The position numbers and the translations under genes are program-made. From Puniceicoccales bacterium (GTDB lineage: Bacteria; Verrucomicrobiota; Verrucomicrobiia; Opitutales; JAIRKQ01): a DNA stretch of 64,000 bases. The stretch's first letter is position 1, and the number at the start of each line of letters is the position of its first letter. Shown one piece after another: positions 40,468-52,300 of this stretch. The notes beneath the pieces are model-generated. The model was not told where the DNA came from, did no database searches, and saw only the letters and a list, made by a program, of their open reading frames with translations. The stretch is taken from NCBI GenBank assembly GCA_031266345.1, contig JAISBD010000004.1:10103-74102 (forward strand), given 5' to 3'.

Positions 40468-40587
40468 TGGAGGGCAATAAACTCAGAGGATAGGAAAGTG
40501 CAAGTCTTTTTTAAGACTTTATAAAAAAATTTTTCCACCAAACAATAAAGCTTGATAGGAGCATGAATTATCGTCTAGGATTGAGAA

Positions 40588-41325
40588 ATGTCAAATTTTA
40601 CCGGCGAAACCCTTGGGATCATTGGGGGTTGTGGCGTGGCCGCCGCCATTGAATTGTTGCACAGGATTGAAAAAAAGCTTGTCACGGACTACGGCTGCGT
40701 CGACGATTCCGAGCAGCCGGAAATGATTTTATACCAGGCAACCCAAGCTCCGAATAGGATCGCCTACGCTGCCGGCCAGAGCCAGCGGTCATTCGCACCG
40801 TACTTCATAGGAGCGGCGAAATTTTTGAAACAGGCGGGAGCGAGCCTCGGTTGCATCCCCTGCAACACCGCCCACTGCGTCATGGACGAGATTGAGCGCG
40901 AATCGGGGCTGCCCTTCATAAACCTGATCGATGAAACACTTAGGTACATAGTAAGTAATTGCGGGGCGGTGAAAAACGTGGGAATTTTGGGCAGTGGGGG
41001 GACTGTCAAATCAAGGCTGCATGACCTTTCTGCACAAAAATTGAACCTGCAGCTGAGCTTTACCTATCCTTCCGAGGAACTGCAGAGGGAAGTGGGGCGG
41101 GGGATTTGCGCCGTGAAGGCCGGAGTTGCATATGGGGACACGGCGGCGGCGCGGAGATTTTTCACACCGGCCATGGAGGCATTGATTGCCGATGGTGCCG
41201 AATTGATTGTGCTTGGATGTACGGAAATCCCGCTGGCAATCACGGCGAAAATGCACGGCAAAATTCCGCTCGCCGACACCATTTCCATCCTAGCGGATGT
41301 CTGCATAGCCCGCTGCCGCGCCTAA
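40588..41325 (+). CDS. Aspartate/glutamate racemase family protein
   Basis: LGIIGG.G, PCNTAH, LGCTEIPL. Confidence 0.9.
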   Translation: MSNFTGETLGIIGGCGVAAAIELLHRIEKKLVTDYGCVDDSEQPEMILYQATQAPNRIAYAAGQSQRSFAPYFIGAAKFLKQAGASLGCIPCNTAHCVMDEIERESGLPFINLIDETLRYIVSNCGAVKNVGILGSGGTVKSRLHDLSAQKLNLQLSFTYPSEELQREVGRGICAVKAGVAYGDTAAARRFFTPAMEALIADGAELIVLGCTEIPLAITAKMHGKIPLADTISILADVCIARCRA

Positions 41326-44300
41326 TCGCTAGCTTTGGCAAGATTTTTGTACATCGCCAATCTTTCCTCCACGTATTCTTTTTCAGCCTTGGCTAGCTCC
41401 CGTGCACGTTCGGGGTCCCTATCCATGAGCATCTTAAACCGCGTTTCGCCGCTCATATAATCCACCAAATCGATGCTTGGATCGCTTGAATCCAGGGAAA
41501 ATGGAGCCACACCGGCAGCTTTTTTACGCGGATCGAAGCGGTATAATGGCCAATAGCCGCTAGCGACAGCTTTCTTTTGTTGCTCGAGGCCGTTTTTCAA
41601 ATTGTATCCGTGGGCCACGCACGGCGAATAGGCTAGGATCAGTGACGGGCCATCGTAGGATTCGGCTTCGCGGAACGCCTGCACGACCTGGCTATCCTTG
41701 GCCCCAAAGGCGACCTTGGCGACATAAATATTCCCGTAGCTGATGGCCAGCATGGCGAGGTCTTTTTTCGGCTGAGCCTTTCCCTGCGCTGCAAACTTGG
41801 CGACCGCACCGATGGGGGTCGACTTCGATTGCTGCCCCCCGGTATTTGAGTAGACTTCCGTGTCGAGCACGAGCACGTTCACGTTGTGGCCGCTCGCTAA
41901 AACATGGTCCAGGCCGCCATAGCCGATGTCGTAGGCCCAACCGTCGCCGCCGATGATCCACAGGCTTTTACTAACGAGGAAATCGGCCAAGCCACTGAGG
42001 ATCGCTGCCTCTCCGCTTTCAATTTTGGCGAGCCTGTCTCTCAAGTCGGCGACCCTTTTTCGCTGCAATTTTATTTCACCGTCGGAATCACACTTGGACG
42101 CCAAAATTTCACCGACCAAATCGTCACCTAGGGCGTGGGCTTGCTTGCGCAGCAAATCAGCGGCGATTTCCCTTCGCTTATCTATGGACAAGCGGAGGCC
42201 GAGCCCAAATTCGGCGTTGTCCTCGAAGAGGGAGTTGGCCCAGGCAGGCCCGCGGCCGTCGGGATTTTTGCAATAGGGCGTTGTGGGTAGATTTCCGCCG
42301 TATATGGAGGAGCAACCCGTTGCATTGGCGATGATTGCGCGGTCGCCGAACAGCTGCGTCAATAGCTTCACGTAGGGGGTTTCCCCGCACCCGGCGCATG
42401 AGCCGGAAAACTCAAACAATGGCTGCCTAAATTGCGTAGACTTCAGATCCATGCCAAGCTCGCACACATCCGGGTAGGGAATGGTTTGAAAAATTTCGTA
42501 ATTTTCCTTTTCCCGTTCCCCTGCTTCACCTATTGGCTTTAAATTCAAGGCCTTACAACTGGGATCTTCCCTATTTTTGGCTGGACAAATTTCCGTGCAC
42601 AGGCCGCAACCCGTGCAATCTTCGGGCGATACTTGCACGGTGAACTTTGCGCCGGAAATATCCCGGGAACGAAAATCTGTGGCCCTGAAGTTTTCGCCAA
42701 TTTCACCCAGCTTGCCCTGGTCGTAATATTTTGAACGAATGGCGGCGTGGGGGCATATGGACACGCATTTGTTGCACTGGATGCACACATCCGGCGACCA
42801 AACGGGAATATCCTGGGCAATGTTGCGTTTTTCATAGTGGGAAGTGGCGGATGGCCAAGTACCGTCGACGGGAAATGCGCTCACCGGCAGCTCGTCGCTA
42901 TCATTGGCCAGCATTTTTGCGATCACATCTTGAACAAATTTGGGTGCTCCCTGGCTTAGAAGGGGCAACTTTGGGGAACCGGTCAAATCGCGCCTAGCAG
43001 CGACTTCAGCGAGGTGCGCTAAAGCGGAATCAATGGCGGCAAAGTTTTGATCCACAATCTGTTGGCCTTTTTTACCATAGGTCTTTTGAACGGCATTTTT
43101 TATGCTGGCTATGGCCTCATCCTGGGGCAGGATGCCGGAAATTGCGAAAAAACAGGTTTGCATGATGGTATTTATGCGCCCGCCCATGCCACACTTGCGA
43201 GCGACATCGTAGGCATCAATGTTGTAGAACTTGATATTTTTTTCCACGATGGCCCTCTGCACTTCCAGGGGCAAATGTTCCCAGACGGCATCGGCTTCAA
43301 ACACGGAATTTAGCAGGAAAACAGCCCCCTTTTTGGCGTATTTCAAGATGTCAAAGCGCGCCAAAAAAGCGAATTGGTGGCAGGCTACGAAGTCGGCATG
43401 CTCGATTAGGTAGGGCGCACGGATTGGATTTTTCCCGAAGCGCAGATGGGAAACCGTCATCGCACCGGATTTTTTGGAATCGTAAACGAAGTAGGCTTGC
43501 GCATGGTTATCGGTGTCGGTACCGATAATTTTTACCGTATTTTTATTGGCGCCCACGGTACCGTCCGACCCCAACCCAAAAAACACGGCTTCGAATAGCC
43601 CCTCCCCCTTGAGCTCAAAATCGCGCTCATACTCCAGCGACAAATTGGTGACATCATCCCTTATCCCGATGGTGAAATGCTTCATTGGAGTGGACTTGGC
43701 CAGCTCGTCGAAAACAGCCTTTGCCATCGGCGGAGAAAATTCCTTTGAACCGAGCCCGTAGCGCCCACCGATGACCTTGATCCCCGCCCGCGAACCCTGC
43801 TCAAGGGCGGAAATAACGTCCAAAAATAGGGGCTCACCTAGGGCCCCCGGCTCCTTTGTTCGGTCTAAAACGGCGATGGCACGCACGGATTGGGGCAACA
43901 TTTTTAGGAAGTGCTGCGCGGAAAATGGCCGGTACAAGCGCACCTTTAGCAGGCCAACCTTTTCCCCGCGGCTATTTAGGTGTTCCACGATTCCTTCCAA
44001 TGTTTCGCAGGAAGATCCGATAGCCACGGCGACGCGGTCGGCATCCGCGGCACCGATGTAATCGAATAATTTGTAGCCTCGACCAGTCAAAAGCTCGAAC
44101 TGTGCCATGCAATCTTCGGTGATGGCGGCTACGCTTTCGTAAAAAATATTCGCCCTCTCCCGGCATTGGAAAAACACATCGGGATTTTGCGCTGTCCCAC
44201 GTACGCACGGATTATCGGGGGACAGGCCCCTGCTGCGGTATTCCGCAATGGCTCGCATGTCCACCATGGCCCGCAAAGCGTCGTCGCTAATTTTTGCCAA

Positions 44301-44849
44301 CGTGTTGATTTCGTGGGAGGTGCGAAAGCCATCGAAAAAATGTACGAATGGAACCCTGGATTTAAGGGTGGCGGCGTGGGAAATGCAAGCGAGGTCGTGG
44401 GCTTCCTGCACAGAATTTGACGCCAACATCGCAAAGCCGGTCTGTCTGCAAGCCATGACGTCCGAGTGGTCCCCAAAAATCGACAGCGCGTGCGTGGCCA
44501 GGCTTCTGGCGGTCACGTGCATGACAAAGGGGAACAATTCTCCCGCAATTTTGTACATGTTTGGAATCATCAGCAGGAGTCCCTGCGACGCGGTAAAAGT
44601 TGTGGCCAATGTTCCGCCCATCAGTGCGCCGTGTATCGCACCGGCGGCACCACCTTCGGACTGCATTTCCTCGATTGTGGGCACTATCCCAAATAAATTT
44701 ACGCGCTTCTTTGAAGCCCACTCATCGCAGTGCTCGGCCATGGGTGAAGATGGCGTAATTGGGTAAATTGCAATAACTTCGCTCAAGCGATATGCCACAT
44801 CAGCGGCGGCCTCGTTGGCATCCAATATTTCAAAATTTTTTTCTATCAT
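41322..44849 (-). CDS. nifJ: Pyruvate:ferredoxin/flavodoxin oxidoreductase
   Basis: YPITPSS, QSEGGAAG, two 4Fe-4S motifs, GSCAGCGE, GGDGWAYDIG. Confidence 0.97.
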   Translation of the reverse strand: MIEKNFEILDANEAAADVAYRLSEVIAIYPITPSSPMAEHCDEWASKKRVNLFGIVPTIEEMQSEGGAAGAIHGALMGGTLATTFTASQGLLLMIPNMYKIAGELFPFVMHVTARSLATHALSIFGDHSDVMACRQTGFAMLASNSVQEAHDLACISHAATLKSRVPFVHFFDGFRTSHEINTLAKISDDALRAMVDMRAIAEYRSRGLSPDNPCVRGTAQNPDVFFQCRERANIFYESVAAITEDCMAQFELLTGRGYKLFDYIGAADADRVAVAIGSSCETLEGIVEHLNSRGEKVGLLKVRLYRPFSAQHFLKMLPQSVRAIAVLDRTKEPGALGEPLFLDVISALEQGSRAGIKVIGGRYGLGSKEFSPPMAKAVFDELAKSTPMKHFTIGIRDDVTNLSLEYERDFELKGEGLFEAVFFGLGSDGTVGANKNTVKIIGTDTDNHAQAYFVYDSKKSGAMTVSHLRFGKNPIRAPYLIEHADFVACHQFAFLARFDILKYAKKGAVFLLNSVFEADAVWEHLPLEVQRAIVEKNIKFYNIDAYDVARKCGMGGRINTIMQTCFFAISGILPQDEAIASIKNAVQKTYGKKGQQIVDQNFAAIDSALAHLAEVAARRDLTGSPKLPLLSQGAPKFVQDVIAKMLANDSDELPVSAFPVDGTWPSATSHYEKRNIAQDIPVWSPDVCIQCNKCVSICPHAAIRSKYYDQGKLGEIGENFRATDFRSRDISGAKFTVQVSPEDCTGCGLCTEICPAKNREDPSCKALNLKPIGEAGEREKENYEIFQTIPYPDVCELGMDLKSTQFRQPLFEFSGSCAGCGETPYVKLLTQLFGDRAIIANATGCSSIYGGNLPTTPYCKNPDGRGPAWANSLFEDNAEFGLGLRLSIDKRREIAADLLRKQAHALGDDLVGEILASKCDSDGEIKLQRKRVADLRDRLAKIESGEAAILSGLADFLVSKSLWIIGGDGWAYDIGYGGLDHVLASGHNVNVLVLDTEVYSNTGGQQSKSTPIGAVAKFAAQGKAQPKKDLAMLAISYGNIYVAKVAFGAKDSQVVQAFREAESYDGPSLILAYSPCVAHGYNLKNGLEQQKKAVASGYWPLYRFDPRKKAAGVAPFSLDSSDPSIDLVDYMSGETRFKMLMDRDPERARELAKAEKEYVEERLAMYKNLAKASD

Positions 44850-44877
44850 CTTTTCTTTGTGAAGGATTAAAAAGATT

Positions 44878-44911
44878 AATAAAATCGCAGTCAACAGATA
44901 AAACTGCGATT
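44878..44911 (-). terminator. Candidate intrinsic terminator ending the dnaE-ABC transcript
   Basis: 9-bp stem AATCGCAGT/ACTGCGATT followed by TTATT on the minus strand; overlaps a TTGACT upstream of nifJ. Confidence 0.45.
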
Positions 44912-44933
44912 CGCTTTTTCCGCGAAATTTATT

Positions 44934-46193
44934 TCAGGGGGCGCCGTCGAGTAGGGAATACAAAATATTGATAAATTCTTTATTTACGGCAAAGGCCAGG
45001 GACGATTCCACGCTAAGGAAGACGAATTCTTCCAAATTTTGGAAGATATCGAAGTTAAGCTCGCCGATGTTGGATTGCAGGCTAAGTTTGCCGACATAGG
45101 GCGGATGCGAGTTTACTTCGAAGGGGAGTGGGCGACTAAAGCTGGCAATTTTATCCTCAATCAGGCGAATTTTCTCACCGGCGACAGCGGTGAAAACTGT
45201 GCCATCGTCGGACTTGTAAGACTTCTGCCAGATTGTGCTATTTTCCAGCTTTTGCAAGGAAATTTGGCGATTATCGGGGAAGCTAAAGAGATTGATTGAA
45301 TTGCACTCCATGGCGGAAAAAAAGTGAAAATTTATAAATTTTTCATGGAGTGCACCTATGGCATTCGCCGCCTCGCCATCAAATTTATAAATCACAGCGG
45401 TTTTTCGGGCGCAAAACTTCGAATTCTCTTCGAAAAATTCCACCAGTTCGCTCCCCTTGCTGCTGACAAATTCCAGCGCAAACAGGGGTGTGCAAAGGTC
45501 CGTCGCTTTGGCAAAACTTCCGCAGCACAGGGAAGAGATGTCGCCAAGGATAGCATCGACCAGCTCACCGCTCACCGGCCTGTCGAGGGGAGCAATCATT
45601 TTAAAATTATTTCCCACCCGCATAAAATCGATGGTAAAAAGTTTTGTAAAAAATTTGAAGCGGGATATCTTCTCGACGCCATTGAGTAAATTTTTGCAGA
45701 GAAGTTCGGGATAAATTTTCCCCAAGCGCTTGCTAATATCCTTGTTTTCAAGGAAAAATACGACATTTTCGCCCCCAAGAAAAACGTTAGCCCCCGCCAT
45801 TTTTATCATTGAAAAATTCCCACAGCTGTCGGTCAAAATTAGGTCCCAAGAGGCATTTATGTCGCCAAAATTGCGATACTCTTTGGAGGAAAATTTTAAT
45901 GCCTTGAGCAGGGATAGCAATTCCGCGACGGCATGCTGATTGGCCGGTATTTTTACGCCATTAAAGTCGCATATCCATTTGTCACTTAGCGAATTGTGCA
46001 GAAAAATGCTTTCTCCGGTTTTGGGATGGGAAACGGCAATGCTTTTCAAATTTTGCACGCCTATTTCCACAAATTCGCCGCCATTGGAGCATGGCTTCGG
46101 AAATAGTTCCGCCCTGAAAATTAGCAGCAAAGAGGCGAAGAGAACACTGGCCGCCAGCGAAAAAAATAGCTTCCCTTTGACGGATAGATGCAC
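44934..46193 (-). CDS. DUF4340-like membrane-anchored protein
   Basis: N-terminal TM, repeated W...P.....V..LL..L pattern, position after GldG-like gene. Confidence 0.55.
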   Translation of the reverse strand: MHLSVKGKLFFSLAASVLFASLLLIFRAELFPKPCSNGGEFVEIGVQNLKSIAVSHPKTGESIFLHNSLSDKWICDFNGVKIPANQHAVAELLSLLKALKFSSKEYRNFGDINASWDLILTDSCGNFSMIKMAGANVFLGGENVVFFLENKDISKRLGKIYPELLCKNLLNGVEKISRFKFFTKLFTIDFMRVGNNFKMIAPLDRPVSGELVDAILGDISSLCCGSFAKATDLCTPLFALEFVSSKGSELVEFFEENSKFCARKTAVIYKFDGEAANAIGALHEKFINFHFFSAMECNSINLFSFPDNRQISLQKLENSTIWQKSYKSDDGTVFTAVAGEKIRLIEDKIASFSRPLPFEVNSHPPYVGKLSLQSNIGELNFDIFQNLEEFVFLSVESSLAFAVNKEFINILYSLLDGAP

Positions 46194-46196
46194 GGC

Positions 46197-47594
46197 TCAC
46201 TTCCTCCGAAAAAAATAAACAATTACCCCTAGAACAATGAATCCGCAGCAAATAACGGCACTCAGAGCCGCGATTAAATAGTATTGCTTCTCCGCTAGGG
46301 TTAGGCGGTACTTTGCTATCGGGTAGCAACCCATGTCCATATTTTTGTCCACGGTGCACATGTAGTCCACGGCACCGCAGAATAGCATCCTATTGCCCAA
46401 AACATTTATGCGCGAATTGACCGCGAAATCGGAGCACCCAAAAACAAGCAGCTTGCCCGCCAAAATGTCCACCGCGATTGGTGCCCGCTTTTCAGACAGG
46501 GCAGCGATAATAAACTTATCGCAATTTTCGACGCCCTCCGCAATGCCGTCCACCTGGAGTAGGTTTGTGACCGCAAATTGGTCGCCATCGGCTGTCCAAT
46601 CAGCCTCCCGCACTTCGTAGGCCTCACCGAAAATGGCGGACATCTTAAAATTGATCAGCTCCCGCGTAATCCCATGGGGTGCGTACTGATTTACGACCAA
46701 ATCATGCCAGATTTTTCCATGGTCGGCCAGCGGGGAGATTTTAGCACGGATATTCGCCCATAGGCCGTGCTCTGCCAAAAATTCAGCCAGCGCCCCGTCG
46801 CTCACCCCGCTTAGGCCAATCATTATTTTCCCGCCCCGCTCATCCAAAAAATTACCCAGAGCCGCCACTTCCGTGGGCAGCAGTGCCACTTTTGGCCCCC
46901 AAAGTAGTACCAGATCCGCCTCCTCCGGAATGGAATATTCCGAGCGAAAATCAAAAATTTTTACCTCATAATTCTTGCTGCGCAGGATGCTTGCCAGGGT
47001 CGACAGCCCGTGGCTAGCGGAAACATCACCCACATCGTACTCGCCGTGGCCGGATAAAAAATAAGCTGTCTTTTTCCTGCCCAGGGCAAGCTCTCCGATG
47101 GCGCCGCTCAAAACACGCTCGCCGCAAAAACCAACAATTTCTCCGTTGCGCACGGCGTACAATTCTTCAATGGCGATAACTTTTCTTCTCTGCGCACACT
47201 TTAAAAGAATCGATTTTGCGGGTAAAAAGACGGTGGGTTCAATGAGGTTCCTAGCGCCGATGTCGGCCGGTTCGACAAATTCTATGGTCACAGCGCTCCC
47301 ATGGGCGCAGTCGGCATATCCGTCCAGCAACCTGCCAATGTCCCTTCTCACCAAATTGTCAGCATCCGCCCCTTCGCTTTCCATTAGCACGTATATTTCG
47401 AGGGGAGATTTCAGGGTTGCCATTAACTCTAACGTGTTGGCAGATAACTTACTATCCCCATTGCTGCCCGCGTATGTTCGATAAAAATAGTGGCCGGAGA
47501 GGAAAATGATAAGCAGTGCGAGCAGGGAGGAGGACAGCGTGAAAAATAGGCGGCATAGGCGCCTGATTTTGTTGGAATGTTCGAAATTTAACAT
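46197..47594 (-). CDS. GldG-like ABC auxiliary protein
   Basis: LS..T..L...L..P, YFLSGHGE, GSDF.VN-like, C-terminal TM + RRK. Confidence 0.8.
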   Translation of the reverse strand: MLNFEHSNKIRRLCRLFFTLSSSLLALLIIFLSGHYFYRTYAGSNGDSKLSANTLELMATLKSPLEIYVLMESEGADADNLVRRDIGRLLDGYADCAHGSAVTIEFVEPADIGARNLIEPTVFLPAKSILLKCAQRRKVIAIEELYAVRNGEIVGFCGERVLSGAIGELALGRKKTAYFLSGHGEYDVGDVSASHGLSTLASILRSKNYEVKIFDFRSEYSIPEEADLVLLWGPKVALLPTEVAALGNFLDERGGKIMIGLSGVSDGALAEFLAEHGLWANIRAKISPLADHGKIWHDLVVNQYAPHGITRELINFKMSAIFGEAYEVREADWTADGDQFAVTNLLQVDGIAEGVENCDKFIIAALSEKRAPIAVDILAGKLLVFGCSDFAVNSRINVLGNRMLFCGAVDYMCTVDKNMDMGCYPIAKYRLTLAEKQYYLIAALSAVICCGFIVLGVIVYFFRRK

Positions 47595-47600
47595 GGGAAC

Positions 47601-48362
47601 TCAGTTGAATTTTTTCTCCAATGAAACCTTGGTAAATGCCAGGAATAGTACGCTTAGAGTGGTGTACAAAATAATAATTCGCGTATCAAATACCCCCCAA
47701 CAAGCATTGTCCATTTGGTGAAATATGTTTAGCGGACGGATGAATGCGCGGTCCAGAAAGGTATCGGAGGAGAGCGTATGCGAGGAAAATATCGGCCCAC
47801 TTAGGAACGTGGCAAAAATTGCAACGAAAGACAGTATCCCCGATAGTATCTGATTCTCCGTCAGGGAGCTGAAAAATATTCCCATTGCCGTGAAAAATAA
47901 TCCCGCGAGGAGGATGTAGGAGTAGCCGCCAATTAGGTTGCAAATCGCCAAAAATGAGCCGTCCCGCAGAATGGTGGGAATGGGCAAAACTGGTAAAAAT
48001 ACGAGCAGCAACGAACTTGCCCATAGGGCCGCGTAGAACAGGTATGTCGCCAAAAATTTTGCCCCAACTATGGAGAAATCTCCCGCCGCCGTGGTTTTTA
48101 TGGACTGCATCAGCCCCATTTTATAGTCTTCGGAGAAGGTGCGCATGGTTAATAGTGGGATGGCAAGCAGTGGCGATACCCAGCTCTGCCGGAGAAATGC
48201 GTGCATAAACGTGAAACTTTGGTCACTCAAAACAAACTCGCGCAAGGTGAACAGGTAGGCGAATGCCAGCGTCGCTAGGAAAATCGCGGCGATAAAATAG
48301 GTGGATGGCGAAACTAATAATTTGTGAACTTCGTACTTAAGTAGTGTGCAAAATTTTCGCAT
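47601..48362 (-). CDS. GldF-like ABC-2 permease
   Basis: PLLTMR.FSED.K.G, SSLTENQI, multi-TM. Confidence 0.85.
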   Translation of the reverse strand: MRKFCTLLKYEVHKLLVSPSTYFIAAIFLATLAFAYLFTLREFVLSDQSFTFMHAFLRQSWVSPLLAIPLLTMRTFSEDYKMGLMQSIKTTAAGDFSIVGAKFLATYLFYAALWASSLLLVFLPVLPIPTILRDGSFLAICNLIGGYSYILLAGLFFTAMGIFFSSLTENQILSGILSFVAIFATFLSGPIFSSHTLSSDTFLDRAFIRPLNIFHQMDNACWGVFDTRIIILYTTLSVLFLAFTKVSLEKKFN

Positions 48363-48376
48363 AAATTCCCTCAAAT

Positions 48377-49348
48377 TTAGTCGCTATAGCGCCTGGTGGC
48401 TGATAAAAATACCTCTTCCAGGGAAGATGGTTCGCGCCCTACGCCCAGCAAATATTCGCCAAAATTGTCCGCGGCCGATTTTATTATTTTATCCATGCAG
48501 CGGCCATCACCCTTGAATTCAATGCGCAAATTGCCGTGATTTTGGCTAGAAATTGCATCCAGCCGCGTCAACTGATTCTCCAGCAAAAACTTGGAAATAT
48601 CCGCATCGGATAGGCAATTTGGAACGAGGTCGACGTGCATGGTATCAGAGTTTATTTTTGATTTATAAATATCTGCCAATGAACCAGTTACGATGATTTC
48701 GCCGCAATTTATTATGACAAAGTAATCGCAAATTGTTTCCAATTCCGCCAAGATGTGGCTTGAAATCAGAAGGGTGCGTGTCCCGCGCAGCTCCAGCAAT
48801 GTTTGCCTGATGGAAATAATCTGCTTGGGGTCAAGGCCGATCGTCGGTTCGTCCAAAATCACCAATGCGCTGTCTCCAAGCAGAGCATCGGCGATGCCAA
48901 TCCGCTGCCCATATCCCTTTGACAAATTTTTTATCATTTTGTAGCGAGTGCCGTGGTAAATGTCGCACTTGCGCATGACTTTCTCCACACTTAGGCGCAC
49001 ATCCCTGATTCCCTTCAGTGCCGCCCGAAAGCGCAAATATTCGCCAACACGCATGTGGTCGGGCAGTGGATTATCTTCCGCCATGAAAGAAATTTTCTCC
49101 CTAGCCAGCATCGGATTTTCCGCCAGATTAGCGCCGCATATCGAAACCTCCCCACCGCTAGCCGGTATCAAGCCGGATAAAATTTTCAAGAGGGAAGTTT
49201 TTCCGGCGCCATTTGGCCCAATCAGGCCAATGATCTTGCCATGGGGCAGTGAAAAGGAAACGTCACTCAGGGCAACAAATTTACCGTATCTTTTCGAAAG
49301 TTTCTCAACTTTGACAATGTCAGTCACGGCTCGAATTATTGAAATCAA
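48377..49348 (-). CDS. GldA-like ABC ATP-binding protein (start uncertain)
   Basis: GPNGAGKT, LSKGY.QRIG, DEPTIGLDP.Q, SSHIL. Confidence 0.9.
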   Translation of the reverse strand: MISIIRAVTDIVKVEKLSKRYGKFVALSDVSFSLPHGKIIGLIGPNGAGKTSLLKILSGLIPASGGEVSICGANLAENPMLAREKISFMAEDNPLPDHMRVGEYLRFRAALKGIRDVRLSVEKVMRKCDIYHGTRYKMIKNLSKGYGQRIGIADALLGDSALVILDEPTIGLDPKQIISIRQTLLELRGTRTLLISSHILAELETICDYFVIINCGEIIVTGSLADIYKSKINSDTMHVDLVPNCLSDADISKFLLENQLTRLDAISSQNHGNLRIEFKGDGRCMDKIIKSAADNFGEYLLGVGREPSSLEEVFLSATRRYSD

Positions 49349-52300
49349 AATGGGGTTTTGAAATACTTTTTTTCTCCGTTTTGGGATAATTTTTGCGCCT
49401 TGAAAGATACGCCCTTTACCGCCGGCGATGATTTCAATTTTCCTATGGCTTCCAAATCGAATTTACTTTTCAATACCGCCGACATTTTGGCGAGTTCGCA
49501 GCGGCCATCGCTGAACTCAAAGCGCAGCACATTTTCACTATTTCCCTCGTTGCTTTGTATGAAGACATTGATCGCCCCAATAAATTCGTCGAGCTGGTTC
49601 GATTCGGCGTCCAATATCCAGTCTATGCCGCTTATCAAGTGGGTTAGAGCCTGCCCAATGGACTCGATGCCATCGATACTGTAGCTGCTCTCATCGCCCT
49701 GAATTCGCGCTGTTCCGGTCAGGACGACAAGCTCATTTTCCTTGATTTTGGATCCGAATTTTTCGAAATTGTCGGGGAAACAATTCATTTGCACGACCGA
49801 TTTACCGGTATCGCATTGAAAAAATGCCCACGGGCGGCTATCTTTTTTTGTGAATTTTTTAGCGATTCCCCCGATGATTCCACATACGCGGAAGCTTACA
49901 CGGTCTCCTAAGCTACTTAAATCACCGCTAGCCGGAGAGTTAATAACGGGCGTTATGTCCCCATATTCCGCCATTGGGTGCCCGGAAACGTAGAACCCGA
50001 GCGTCGCTTTTTCACTTTTCAATTTGTCGAACTTGGACATCCCCTTTCCGCTGCTGTCTATGGCCACGACGGCATTGCCGCCGCCAAACATGTCGAAGAG
50101 GGAGGTTTGCCCACTATTTTTTTCCCGCTGCACATTGGCGGCTTCCCGTAAAATATTTGCCAAGGAATTGATCAGGTGTTGCCTGTCATGGCCGAAGGAA
50201 TCGAAAGCACCGCTCAAGGTTAATGCCTCGAAAACTCTCTTATTAACTACCCTGGTGTCAACGAGTTGGGAAAATTCAATGAAACTTTTAAACCCGCCAC
50301 ACTTGCCGCGCTCGCCTATGATATTCGCCGCAGCGACGTCCCCAACACCCTTTATTGCCGACAAACCGAAGCGGATATGTTGCTCATTTTCCGAAACATA
50401 GGGAGTAAAGTCGTTCAGCGATTGGTTAATATCGGGGCCCAGCACGGGGATGTTCATCCTGGTTGCTTCGGCTATGAGTAGCTCAATTTTTTCCGCATTG
50501 CCCAGGTCGCAGGACATCAGTGCCGCCATGAATTCCACGGGAAAATGGGCTTTCAAGTAGGCCGTGCGGTAGCCGATGACGGCATAGGCGTCGGCGTGGG
50601 ACTTGTTAAATCCATATCCGGCAAACTTTTCGAGCACGGAAAAAAGTTCCGCAGCTTTGGCCGGTGAAATATTATTGTGCTTCGCGGCACCCTGAATGAA
50701 CGACTCCCGCTGGGCATTCATAACATCCACCTTCTTTTTTCCCATGGCGCGGCGTAGGATGTCGGCTTGGCCGAGCGAATAGCCGGCGATCACCCGCGCC
50801 GCTTGCATAACCTGTTCCTGGTAAACAATTATCCCGAAGGTGGACTTGCAGATGTCCCGCAGAAGTGGATGGGAATATTTGATCTTTGCCGGATCTTTCT
50901 TTCCGGCGACGTAGTCCGGTAGCCACTCCATCGGGCCGGGTCGGTACAGCGCACTCAGGGCACTGATCTCGTCCACGCTGGAAAATCCAAACTGCCGACA
51001 CCAGCGCTGAATGCCGGCGGATTCAAACTGAAACACACCTATGGTTTCGCCGCTGTTCATCAAATCGAAGGTTGCCCTGTCTTCCAGAGGTACGTCGGAG
51101 ACGCTAAAATTTTTGAATCCATCGCGGCGCCGAATATTTCGTTCGGCTATGTCGATCACAGTCAAGGTCTTAAGCCCGAGAAAATCCATCTTGAGCAGAC
51201 CCAGCTCCTCCACGGCCTCCTTGGCATACTGCGTCGTTAGAGAGCCTTCCTGCAGTGTCACGGGCACGAGGTCATCGGTGGGGCGGTCGGAGATGATGAT
51301 GCCGCAGGCGTGGGTGCCAACGTTGCGCACCATGCCTTCCAAAACCTGGCACTCCCTCAAAATTTTGGCAATTTGCGGACTTTTTCGCTGCTCCTCCCGC
51401 AACTCGGTCGACTTAGCCAGCGCCTCATCGAGGGTAACGTGCAGATCATCGGGGATCATCTTGGCCAGGCGATTTGCCTCTTCATAGGGGATATCGTAGA
51501 CCCTGCAGACGTCGCGCACGACCATCTTGGCCCCCAGCGTGCCGAAGGTGATTATGTTGGCAACGTGATCTTTTCCATACTTACTGCGGACGTAGTCGAT
51601 AACTTCGCCGCGGCGATTCATGCAAAAATCTATGTCAAAGTCGGGGGGCGACACGCGCTCAGGGTTCAAAAATCTTTCGAATAGCAAGCCAAATCGTATG
51701 GGGTCTATGTCCGTTATTTTCAGCAAGTAGGCCAGCAAACATCCCGCTCCCGAGCCACGCCCAGGTCCCACCACTACCCCATTTTGCCTCGCCCAGTTAA
51801 CAAAGTCCCAAACAATTAGAAAATAGTCGACAAAGCCGGTGCGCTCGATGGTGGATAGTTCGTAGTCGAAGCGTTTGCAGAGATTGGCCGGGTTATAAGC
51901 ATCATTTGCATCGACTTGTACTTCCCCATTGACGGCGCCGTAATCCAGGTTATATCGCTCTTTTAACCCATTTATGCACAGCTTCTTAAGATAGTCGACA
52001 TGCCTATCAGCAGCGATTTCCGCACTGTACGGAAAAACGGGGTAGTGATTTTCGCCGTAGGGCATGGCAATGTCGCACATATCCGCAATAATCAGGGAAT
52101 TATCGAGCGCTTCCCGGTGGTCTTGAAACATCAACTCCATCTCCTCCCGCGATTTTACGTACATCTGGTGCCGGGACATTTTCATGCGGTTTTCATCGGC
52201 AACTTTAGCACCGGTCTGTATGCACAGCATAACGTCGTGGGCTTCCCAATCGGACTGTTTCACATAGTGAACGTCATTTGTTGCCACGGTGCGCAAATTG

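Noticed and set aside
44934-49348. Gld-like ABC operon as a gliding or novel secretion system
   Set aside because: This four-gene ABC module is widespread; no T9SS or motor genes are present
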